25,344 nt of DNA, taken from assembly GCA_965644295.1 (NCBI GenBank), contig CBFFRP010000250.1, positions 1 through 25,344 of the forward strand. Direction: 5' to 3'. This DNA comes from Paraphysomonas bandaiensis. Its lineage: Eukaryota; Protista; Chrysophyceae. Every line of letters starts with the position of its first letter. Position 1 is the first letter of the stretch. The notes beneath the pieces are model-generated. The model made no database searches and was not told the origin of the DNA. It saw nothing but the letters and a program-made list of their open reading frames with translations. Below, piece after piece: positions 10,238-21,042 of the stretch. The position numbers and the translations under genes were made by a program.

Positions 10238-11752
10238 TCACATAACAGTACATCCATCCTCTCGACGTTGTGCTCTTTCTAGCAACGGAACAATATCTCT
10301 GGCGTGTAAGTAATTCGAGCTGTCGGCAAATTTTTTGTGAAGATCGACATAGAACTTGCTGCGAGGGTTGTTGTAAAAGTATATATCATACTCCTTCGTG
10401 GTATGGATTCTACCCAGTAATTCATCAAGTGTGTACTTGGAGAACGGAAGGTCTTCATACATGGCATTGATATCGTCTGGGTTAAGAGATGCAACAAGAT
10501 GACTAACAAGCCAAAAACCCCTCGTGTAAGGAAAAGTTGGACCTTCGAATCTTTACAAGATACAATAAGTTCAAATATATATGGGCCTGAAGCAGACTAC
10601 CTTAAGACGCGCTCCTTCTCTTCTTCATAGGACGCAATTTCATTAGTAAAACTTAGGGGATCAACTCCGCGCATCTACAAAAAGAAACTCATAAATTGCA
10701 ATATACCCCTACGACTAGTTCACCTTTAGTACGACATCTCCTTCGTCCTCTTCCAGAAGCGCTTTACGGCCTACATCTCTCATCCAATCGCAACCCGAAC
10801 TTTGTGCCCCAACACACGATATGAAGGTCAGCGGTGTGTGGGAGCTGTCACTACGCTCCCAAACAAAAGATCGTAGTTTCTCTAGAGAGGCATCAGTTGG
10901 AAGTGTTGCAGCTAGAACATAGTGGGCAGTTGGCTCATGCAGGTGTTGCGTGTGCCCTATACTTTCTTGTAGGGCAGTTAATACCGGGCAAGAAGTACTG
11001 AGAAGCCCTCCTTCTCGCTCTACTGCTCTAAAAGCGGACGCTATAGTCGAATGAGCTTCTCTCATAAACTCACTTGGAGGGCGCCCTCGGGGGGAAAGGG
11101 TCGCCACTCGAGGACACTGCATAAATCGGATAGATATGCTCCGCACTGGTATAAAAGCCAGTAAGTCTACAAATATATGAAGCTTGTTCTGCGTCTCCCT
11201 CCAGCGGGACATGGGAGCTTCTTCATCAGATTCGGAGCCTGAACTATTGTCGCCGTGCTCTCTCTGATGACCAGTGGCAAGAGTATTCCTATCGTAAGAC
11301 ATCACATTGGTACAAAGTGATACATGAAACTCTTACTCAACGTCATCGGTCATAGACGCATTGTCCCCAATGATAAAATTCAAGTGGTAGTTTCTTAGAG
11401 CGAGCAGCTTATCGAGCAGCCCTATGGGTATATTATACTGCTCAAAGTACTGACATATCTCTTCAAATAGATGCATCCGCTCATGAGGGACCCCTGAGAC
11501 AAACTCCCTGCAGTACTCGGGTGATCTCATGGTCCGTCGAGCGGCTGTAACGCTCTCTGCAAGCCTGCATTCCATATTGATCCCTGTGTCCCTCTCTATC
11601 GCTATACTCGCATGCTCCGCCTCATCTATGCTAGATACTATAGCCAGACGATTCGACTCATCGTACTGGTAGTACTTCTCCAACAACATACCAGATGTAT
11701 GCTCTCGTCGCTCATGCAGAGCTCCGTCTTTAAATATATATCTCCTCGGCAT
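10238..11752 (-). CDS. vWA-like domain protein with degenerate MIDAS and C-terminal CaaX (CTVM); exons 11752-11337, 11288-10724, 10674-10601, 10550-10238
   Basis: Three GT-AG introns (11336-11289, 10723-10675, 10600-10551; 48-50 nt) join the ORFs in frame. LNFIIGDNASM...SRWRE resembles a vWA first strand with DxSxS, followed by alternating strand/helix segments. The gene model is firmer than the product call. Confidence 0.7.
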
Positions 11753-13099
11753 TATGAGTTCCTTGTGGCTCTATATATACATACATACATACACAGTGCT
11801 GTGCTGTCGATGTACACTGTCTTCAAAGTCATCTGCAGTTGAAATTGGCTTACCCTCCCGAAGTTGAAGACTCTTCATCATTATGATTTTCTCCACGTTA
11901 CAACCAATTATATGCTAGCTATCATATTTGATTTGCTGGAGTGGGATGTAGTGTTGTTCTTCAACATTGAGAACTGCAGACTCGTAGGAAGTCATATGCT
12001 GCTGCTGGTGTTTCCCTGCGAACAGAATTTCATCCTCTCTGGATTGGTCAAGCCGAAATCTTGAAAAGCAATTGTAGCTACAAATGCTGCTGTATTTGGT
12101 GTATAGACGGTATTCTTATATTCACTGCAATACAATACAGGAATCGATTAATATCCAATGATTTCCGAACTCTTGATGATGATTAGTCTAGTTGTATGTT
12201 GTGGTATATGATGAAGAGTGCATGGAACGATGGGATGTGGTAACTCCTTCTGTGATGTATGGATTTACTTACTGTGTGATTGTGAGGCACGCAACTGGAT
12301 CATCATTCTTTTATCAGCTTGATCTCGCTCTGTGTTGGTTGTTGTCGCTTACACTTTCATCTGTTCAGCGCTTTACATTCCAAGGAAGCTGGTTTATTAC
12401 ATAGGGGTATAACCACACAGAAGATACCAAAAGATCAAATCAATTAGTCACAAAGACTCGATAAAGCTGTATTCCAGTATACAGAAACTACACTAAGTTA
12501 TGATGACTTTGTGTTAGGTTTTTTGGTGTGTCTGAAGGCATTTAGTGCCACAGAAGCTTTAAATAACCCTCTGGTTTCGTATCAGTTATAATTTTTCAGT
12601 TCGGCAATGAGGTTTCAACCTGAGTTCCTCTACAGTAAATTTTCTAGGGTTAAACGCCTCTTAAATTATCGTTGACGATGGATGAAGATGTAACAATTAT
12701 TGGTTCCGTCAATCATCCGAAGATCGATGACTTCCTCTGCTTTGAACTGAGATCCCGTATATAGGACCCTTTTCACTCGACACGCAACCTCATAGTAAGC
12801 CTTTGTTGCTTAACATTAGCATTGATTCAGTTGTCATGATGTGTGTGTAACGCTGGGTATATTGTGTGCACCACATAACCATTACATTGAGCACTAGTTC
12901 CTGCTGTGATTGCTCTATATACAGCGGTTTACTTTTCTGACACCAAAGATATATATTATTATTACAGATAACTACTCATGTTGTGGACGTTATATGTGCC
13001 AGTATTTTTCTGTATCATATATATACAGTTGTATGGTTCATACGTGATGCACAGAAACACTGCGCACTGTGCCGTGTCCTTTTCGGTATACTGATTTTT

Positions 13100-15720
13100 A
13101 GAATTGGACTTTATACTAAAGTTAACTTTGCTCCGCACGTAAACCTTAAACTTTAATTGTTGCACTCAACGTACTTTCAAGGAAGAATTATAATTATTAA
13201 TCTCAACACTTCAAAAAATATACATATATGAATGAAGATATAATCTTAATAATAGTAAGAAGAATGCTGTGATTCTTGGAATGCAAAAAGTGCCTAACAA
13301 TGACGATCGTTATAATAACGTTATTGAATCTTCAACATATACTATTATTAATTCAGTTTGTGATATATTTCATTGAACACTATAATTCACATATACAATT
13401 GTATAATCGAGATTGCCATGATATTAGACTATTACCTATAAAGAATGTGAATGCAGTGGTTGACCGTCGATTGAGGTGGCATCGCATCCAGCCGCTATCA
13501 CAGTATCCTGATAATGTTATGTTGGATCCAGAATATGTCAGTCCTTATTTGGCAATACAGGCAGTTAGATTAGGCAAATCAGAGAATCGTCAAAAGTATT
13601 GACAGCGAATGCAATTTCTGGTCGAGTACACACACCTAAGTGCATCAAAGAGCGAATGAGTTCATTGTAGGGGAAATTCTGAACATAGCTTTGATATGAG
13701 TATGATAGATTGTTGAATTCATGTAGATCATAGTTAAATCAGAGCAACATAGGTGTGGACATGGAATCGCAGTCAGACATGTTAAATTTATCCAGCAGTT
13801 TGATAACATATATTGCTCCTGGCTGAACGTCGTGGTATTTTTGTCGAAATCCTGATTGATGGAAATGCCTAAGTAGTAGTCCAGGGGTCCGAGTTCCGTG
13901 ATTTAGAACTTTTTTTTTGATAAGGCTTTTGAATTCTTGGATGTCGATATCTGACTCCGACGCGATAATGTGGTCATCGACATACATGGCAATTAGCATA
14001 ATTCTGCCGTCGATATGTTTTTTAAATATGCACGAGTCAGATACTAATCTAGTATACCCATGTCTAACATGAAATTAGTACAACATTTATACCAGTTTAG
14101 ACCGGCTTGTTTAGATCCGTAGATACTTTTTAATAATCTGAGTACCTTGATATCGGGGATGTTCATATATGGAGGGGGATACATATGTAGATTTCTTCCT
14201 CAAGGTTGGCATTGATGTAAGCGATGGTAAAATCGATCTCTGGTGGAGTTTGAGATTCACAATAGTTGCAAGGGCGATGATGGTCCGTCGTGATGTCGCC
14301 TTCTTGGCTACAGGGATGTACGTTTCATTGTAATCGATGCCAGGTATTTGGGTGAATCCCTGAGCAACCAGTTGAGCTTTGAATTTTATATCATATATAT
14401 CGCTTTCTTTTAATTTTAAAATTAAGCTTTCCTTTTATGGCTCACGCTCCCGATGGTACCTCTAGTATCCTTTCTTTTGGAGAGTGGAAAATTTTTATTG
14501 ATCGCGTCGATGCAATTTTGAATCGAGAATTGATACGTTTGTGAGCAACTGCTCTATATTCCGTGTATTCCTCGGTATATCGTTAGACGTCGTCTGCAGC
14601 GTGTATAGGTCGTCGAGTTGAATAATACTGCCGCTATTATCCTAGTCCACGGTACGCTACAATTAGTCCTTTTTTCACTTTTATCTGTGTTGTTACGCAG
14701 GTTAGGCCATCATCCGGGCCAATATGTAAGAGTCCTATGAGGTATTTGAAACTCTCAATCGTCCTGGAGGTCTCGTTTTCTATGAATATTTTCGTCAATT
14801 TCTGTAAATATTTTTTATCTGGTGATGGAATACATTCATTGAAGGAAACGTGTCCTGATAATACAAAACCTCTTAGTGCCGGGACAAAGGTTATGTAACC
14901 CGGTCCATCCTCACGATAACCCATAAAATAGCCGGATAAACGATGTCTGTCCCAATTGTTCCTTCGAAGGCTGGAATCAATATTTACAAAACATTTACAT
15001 CCCCAATTCCTGCGTAGCTCAGATCGGGGATTTCATTTTCAACGAATTGTAACATAAATCCCTTTGCAGTTGAGCATGACAATGTGTTTTTCAGATATAT
15101 GTAGATGTGTTTCACAGCATCATGTTCCCAGAAATTGGCCGCAAGGCCAGAATCCATTAGACTGATGAGTGCTCGTTGTTTAATCGTTCTCCAGGTCGTT
15201 CCTGAAATGGATTATCGTCGGGGGTATAGGGAGAATTAACAGTCTACCTATAAGGAGGTAATCCAATGCTTTACTGGATATTAATTCTGGCTACAGTCGG
15301 CGTGATAATGTTTACCTTTACTCCGCAGGTATGTAATGATACTCCGGATAGAATCGATGACAAAGTCTTCATCTCTCGTTTTTACGTAAAAATTTCATTT
15401 GACGGGAGGCTTTTCATTGCTTTTATATGGGACTTTCCGCTCACACAAACCACCAGGGAGAGAGGCAGCACTAATCTCTACCTTCGTAAGCTTGACACCT
15501 AGAGATTGTATTGCTTTCTGTGTAAACCCGATGGAAGCGTGTGCGAGTCTTTTGTATTCTAAGACCCTCAACAAAGTCGGACTCGCACCTTTTCGTGGTG
15601 TTCTGGGGGATAAGTACCGGAGATATTTCTCCGGGAAACTAACGTGAGCCGCAAACATAGTCAGCAGATATATGTTCTGCCCACTCATAGCCAAATGCTT
15701 GTGTGGTACAAGGGACACTA
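13100..15720 (-). mobile_element. Degenerate Ty1/copia LTR-retrotransposon pol remnant (GAG-pre-integrase, integrase, RT, RNase H)
   Basis: Minus-strand order: YKRLAHAS (pre-integrase), WRTIKQRA...SGLAANFW (integrase), WGCKCFV...[45 protein letters not shown] (RT), GYCDSGW...RRSTT, ISWQSR (RNase H). Integrase before RT indicates copia. Many stops and frameshifts; boundaries approximate; LTRs not found. Confidence 0.92.
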
Positions 15721-15766
15721 ATAAGTGTCACTTGTGTAGACGTCTTTGGGCCCTAACGAATAAACA

Positions 15767-15831
15767 GGCATCCGGGAATGGGCCCACCTCAAGGGCATCC
15801 GGGACAGGGCCCACCAGAAGGGTAACCGGGG
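15767..15831. repeat. Short degenerate 27-bp tandem repeat
   Basis: ggcatccgggaatgggcccacctcaag / ggcatccgggacagggcccaccagaag / partial ggtaaccgggg, starting at 15767, 15794 and 15821. Confidence 0.7.
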
Positions 15832-16360
15832 TATTGGGCTGCCTGCTGAAGTTAAGCATCCGGGATGTTCACCTTAAGAACTCAAAAAACCTGAAGTCAG
15901 CAGATGTCAGGTATATCAACATTCTGCTTGCTCCCTGTGTTTGCTTTGAGTGATTGATGCTGAGTATGAGTTCACATTATTCGGTATCTGTGTGGCCAAT
16001 GACCGAGGTAATGCGTCAAACTTTCCTCATGGATGCATGGCAATGACAATGATGTGATTGGACCTGTCATGTCTTCTCACACGTCTACTGCCTAGTCTTG
16101 GTTTCTCCTGACCCAGGTCATTGAGATTATATCAAGGCTCTGGCACTGTTCTCCAAGCAGTGTCAGGTACATTTGTGGTGCTTTTATGTTATTCTTGCTT
16201 AGTAGGTTTTCATCCGAGCGGGGAAGGTGCACGGTTTCCTACTAGTGTAAGTCACTCGGGAGAAGAGTGCAAGGTGGATGCATGTGCTGGACGAGTGCAC
16301 ACAATGGAGGGAAGACATCGGAGTCAGCTTGAATTTGTAAGATTTTGGTAGATGTCTGTT

Positions 16361-17282
16361 TCATGCGTCAGTTGTGGGGTCATCTCCCATTTCCATATAC
16401 ATAACACCTGCAAACGTCGGAGAGAAACGCATCATCACGTCCCCATCACCGGTGGCAGCGCATCCACCTACTGAGCCATTCACATAGCATCCAGATCCTG
16501 CAATAGGGGAGTCACCCACACGACCTCGAACCTTGTGGTTGGCACCATTGGTTGTTGTTCCACAGGACATATGTCCGAACTCATCAATAGCCACAATCCC
16601 AATGGTGTCATGATTATCGTTGGTGGCCCATGGAATGTGTACCCTTGTTTTGTGTTCCCGTTCCAACAGCAATGAAGACGAAGGGTGAGGGTAGGGCCCG
16701 CAGCTGTCTTCACATCCCTCAAGATTCTGATAAAAATTAGGTTGGCATCCACTTTCTCGCCACTGCGCAAACTCTTGCAACGATTCACTTGTCGCTGTGT
16801 TTTGCGCTTGAGCTCCAATCATATGTGCAAATTCTTCTGCGCCAGAACCCACTAAAAGTGTATGGGTAGTATACTCCATCACTGCACGGGCAATGCTGGC
16901 TGCATTTCTGTATCCTGACAAGAACGCTACTGATCCGACATCCATCTAAAATATATTAACTATGAGCATACAATCCATTCGACATAGTTATACTCACACT
17001 CTGTCCATCCATGATCATAGCATCTAACGTAACCCCTGCATGCGTGTCAGGGTGATTGCCGTATCCTACACTTCCATCACACTGATTTACTTCGCATGCA
17101 GTGCATCCAATTTCAACAGCAGTCAGGCAATCTGCCCCGTTACTTAGAGCATCGTATGCAGCTTCTGTCGCCACTGTGAACGGCCCGGCCCATGTGTTGA
17201 CTACTATCTTACACTCACATGTCGCAGCTATACAAAGTAACAGAGCTATTGAACGGCGATGGAACAGAGTGATATGGCTCAT
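16361..17282 (-). pseudogene. AGA: N(4)-(beta-N-acetylglucosaminyl)-L-asparaginase (glycosylasparaginase), C-terminally truncated; intron 16997-16946
   Basis: Signal peptide, VVNTW, CDGSVGYG..PD...TLDAMIMDG, CQPNF, autocleavage site NHDTIG, GRVGDSPIAGSG, ATGDGD. The 52-nt GTGAGT...TTTAG intron joins the two ORFs. Homology ends abruptly at GDDPTT. The family call is strong; pseudogene status is inferred. Confidence 0.85.
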
Positions 17283-17784
17283 TACTCTCTATAGGTGTTC
17301 TGTCACAAGCAATAAACTGAGTTAGGGGAATGTATAGTATGAGCACAGGAATAATTCCAATAGCTAGTAGGCCTATGGCTGGATACTCTGCGCGTGATGT
17401 AGAGGAGTGCAGTGTGGAGTAGATACTGCAGAAAACAAGCATCACAGGAGAGAAATGTTAATATTATTTACAGAAAGTGCGTAAAAATCTTGGAAATCGT
17501 AATAGAATATCCGGATATATAGATAAAAGTTATCACAGTAGGATCCGATCAGCACATACAGCAGTATCTATACCGAGTACTGTACTAGAAATTCCTACAG
17601 AGTATGTATAAAACGTCAGGACGTATGCTGGTCTATACACGAATTCCAACATGCTGTACTCTGCGGACAGTGTATGGCAGCAAGACATAAACTTGTTGCC
17701 ATCATCTATCTATCCATCTCTTTGTCATTGCCCCACCCGCCAAATATCTAACGTCACTACTCTCAACTATATTTTACGCGTAAT

Positions 17785-18609
17785 ATGCTCTCTGTTTTAT
17801 CTATTGTTTCCCTGTTGTTGCTCAGCTCAGAGACAGTATCGTCTCAGTCCTCATCTGCATGCCCCTCATACAATGCAAGCAAAATAAAGTTGGTTACTTT
17901 CGATTGTTTTGCTGCGCTCATGGCATGGGAAGGTATAGTTCTTATTGGTGAACTGCTCGAGATAATGTCTTTTCTTTCAGATTCGATGTTCGCTTCAGTG
18001 GCTGAAGTATTGCCGTATTTGAGCACTAATGATGTGCACACTCTCGTCACGAAGTGGGAAAATGCTTATGGTGCCGCTACCAATTCTGTTTTCGAAGAAG
18101 GGGTCACGGGCGCATTTCCATTTAGTTGGCACATTTCGAATTCTCTAAAGGATATTATAAGGGATATGGGGTTAGACATCAGCCGTGATGAGTTTGATGC
18201 GTTGGTCAAGTGCTGGGGGAAACTTACTCCATGGGAAAATACTCAAGAGACACTTGAGATATTAGCCGATGCTAACTATACTATTGGGGCTCTATCTAAT
18301 GGTGATTATTATACACTGGCAACAGCAGTGTCGATATTTCATACCCCTGTGGAGTTCAGCCACATATTTTCCTCTGACTTCCCAGCGGGTGTATTTAAGC
18401 CCCAGCCTGCAATCTACGAACCAACGAAGCATATTGGGTTTGAAGTTGAGGAAATTCTTCACGTTGCTGGTGGTGGGAACGATGCATCTGGTGCTCGTGA
18501 TGCGGGGCTTTTCTCTGCGCTCTTACACAAGCCACCCAAAGACGGTAAAACGGAACCGTGTTTCGTCCTGAATGACATCACTGAGCTTCCCGCTGTACTG
18601 GGACTTTAA
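17785..18609 (+). CDS. HAD-superfamily hydrolase, haloacid dehalogenase type II-like, with N-terminal signal peptide; probable in-frame intron 17933-17980
   Basis: Motif I LVTFDCFAAL, II LSNGD, III FKPQPAIY, IV LHVAGGGNDASGA; hydrophobic leader MLSVLSIVSLLLLSSETVSS; 48-nt GTATAG...TTTCAG segment. Confidence 0.85.
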   Translation: MLSVLSIVSLLLLSSETVSSQSSSACPSYNASKIKLVTFDCFAALMAWEGIVLIGELLEIMSFLSDSMFASVAEVLPYLSTNDVHTLVTKWENAYGAATNSVFEEGVTGAFPFSWHISNSLKDIIRDMGLDISRDEFDALVKCWGKLTPWENTQETLEILADANYTIGALSNGDYYTLATAVSIFHTPVEFSHIFSSDFPAGVFKPQPAIYEPTKHIGFEVEEILHVAGGGNDASGARDAGLFSALLHKPPKDGKTEPCFVLNDITELPAVLGL

Positions 18610-19467
18610 ATTTGTGCATTAAGTATTATCTGTATTTCTATTATAATGGTGCGTTGAGTCTGACGTAGCTGGATGGCTTCGTTATGCTGTGCTATTTTTG
18701 ACGAGGATATCAGTCATACTTGGAAAAAGTAGTGTTGAGTTGTAAACTTAATTATTTACTTTTTTTCTTATAAAGCATAATTATTTCGTGTATACTCTTA
18801 AACATTGTAATACGGGTTTATATATGATGTATATATGCTGGTTTGTAATCGTACTATCAACCTCTCTATGTACATTCACAGAAGAAAACCTGAGAAGAAT
18901 AGAAAGTAATATTCAATGTTTCCCTCGAAATGACACAACCAGAGGTGTAGAGATGGCAAGATATATCCACGTGGAGGAGGAGTAAAACTTAGCTGAAGAG
19001 AGAGTAGTATAATTTGATAAATTGCATTTTCGTTCCTGTTGTACTGTTGCAGTAGTAACAAGTAACAAACACAATATTGCTTCTATTGACAATGATTTTT
19101 CAACGAGATACACTATACAACATTTAACTCTACAACGCACACTTGCAACCAGTACTTACTAATTGCTTCAAACTACTGTTTGTGTTGCCAAATACTTATT
19201 ACGAGAGGAGAATAGACTTCTGTAGTATAGCAATGCAATCATTAGTTCTTACTATTCTAACTACTCTAATGTTTGAAAACAGTTAATTCTGACATTGAAT
19301 AAGCAATCCCCCATTAGGAATTAAACTAATGTAATATATTATATAATCTGACACCTGACGACACACCCACTCAAAGAAATGAAGGCGATCTATGCTACTA
19401 CGTAAACAAGTTTATAAAGTAAAAATAAATGAATTTCAGTGGCCTGTTATGTAATTCGTTAAGAAAA

Positions 19468-19560
19468 TGATCATGCTGTTGACCATCATGCTGTTGACCA
19501 TACTCTAAATCATACAGCTGATCATGCTGTTGACCCTGCTGTAGATCATCCTGCTGATTA
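19468..19560. repeat. Degenerate 12/15-bp tandem repeat (atcatgctgttgacc)
   Basis: Exact copies at 19470-19484, 19485-19499 and 19521-19535, plus decayed copies. Confidence 0.8.
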
Positions 19561-19900
19561 CAACCTCAATCGATTCTGAAGTAATACGTAATGATGTGAA
19601 AAAAATGTAATACGTAGTCAAAAATACTATATAGCAATAACTGTGATACTTAAGTATCATGTCGACTCAAGACACGGAAGTTGATTAGTGGTAGACATGA
19701 AGGAAATATAAAACTATGTTGTTGATATGTTTTACGCGACAACGCACAGTTGCGTATAATAATACTATATCTAGTCTAACAACATTACTATAATTAACGA
19801 TCTAAACCAACAAAATGTTAAAAAGCCAATACCATCATATTGTATAATTGTACTATTTTTCTATTCGCCAATCCGATTACTCCACATCATCTGAAACAAG

Positions 19901-20878
19901 CTACATATGTGGGAAATATTATCAACCTAGTCAATTTGTTAGCAAACCTAGTCATACAAAAATTGGTGAAATAGCCTACTAGTTGAAGAAATAAATGACT
20001 CAACCTAGTCAATTTTGGTATTGAACCTAGTCGTTCTTACATCCATTAATTGCACACTGTGACTGTCTAAGATACCATCTCACACAACATATTATTAGTG
20101 CCTTACAGAGCATCGAAACAAGCATTCAAACAGAACAACTAATTCTTATATACATATATTCTGCTTTTATCCAGCCTATCTATATAGCTGATAACTATAA
20201 AAGAACGGAAGTGGTTGCACCTTGGTGCTTGCGGCGACGCACAAGCAGCTTCTGTAGCGCTAAATAGTAGGATAATAGAATTTGTGCTGATTAGTTATGG
20301 GTAGAGGTCTAGCTAGTAGATCTAGCATTCAACTAGCCACTATATCGGAACGAGTTTTAAACGCCTATTGCCAAATAAAAAGACCTTCAATATATGATAA
20401 CTATAATATTGTAGCGATGGGTCCCTTGTGATTGTCATGGGGAAGTGGGGTCAATGAAGCTGTCGATATAACTCACTCTATGATCTTCAGGACATCATAT
20501 GCTCTGAGTGATAGGTGATAGCGCCCTAGTAAATGATTTCAATGACGGACTGCAATCCCCCTGTTTTTAGACCAGTGAAGAAAAAAAGGAGGTTTTCAGG
20601 GCACACAGTTGATATATTCGTGAAAACAGCATCATTGAAGTGAACTGTTGAGCTGCAGCAGAACATCAGAGCATGAAGTGTGTGTCGTGCAGTGGAGATA
20701 TTAATCATACAGTAACATGAGGTGTGAATACCATAAACATCTGGTCACCCGAATCTGAAAATATAAATGATTAGAGGACTAGGTTTTTCAACCACTTGAC
20801 TAGGTTTTTACACCAATTTCGGTGACTAGGAAATTACACCAAATTGACAAGGTCCAATATTAGATCAGCTACTTGTAG
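19901..20878. mobile_element. Putative non-autonomous DNA transposon with imperfect terminal inverted repeats and subterminal AACCTAGTC motifs
   Basis: AACCTAGTC at 19924, 19945, 20002, 20024; reverse complement GACTAGG(TT) at 20777, 20798, 20824 and degenerate at 20846; ends CTACA... and ...TGTAG. No clear target-site duplication or transposase ORF. Confidence 0.6.
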
Positions 20879-21042
20879 TTGTTGTTGTAGTATTGCATAT
20901 ATATTTTCACAATATAAAAAACTACGGCATTCATTCCAACAATACTGTTGCAATATATAGTGCTTCCTTTATCAGAGTTATAGCATTAAACTTACAATAC
21001 CCTACACTTATATACTATATTATTACTATTCATGAGCGTGGC

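Noticed and set aside
11864-13100. Short ORFs between the vWA-like gene and the copia relic
   Set aside because: No recognisable motifs or consistent splice model; treated as intergenic or decayed repeat DNA.
16328-16366. GC-AG intron rescuing the AGA C-terminus
   Set aside because: The donor (GCATGA) is weak and the downstream translation shows no similarity to the AGA C-terminus.
12828-16375. Shared tcagttgt at ~12828 and ~16368 as a target-site duplication around the copia element
   Set aside because: No TG...CA LTR pair adjoins these sites and AGA coding sequence does not resume beyond the lower site; probably chance.
20226-20258. Small hairpin (tgcttg...caagca) as a Helitron 3' end or terminator
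   Set aside because: The stem is short, there is no properly placed CTRR terminus, and no other support.
19924-20854. CRISPR array or plasmid iterons
   Set aside because: The repeats are only 9 bp with ~12 bp gaps, form two inverted clusters, and lie in eukaryotic DNA with no cas or rep gene.
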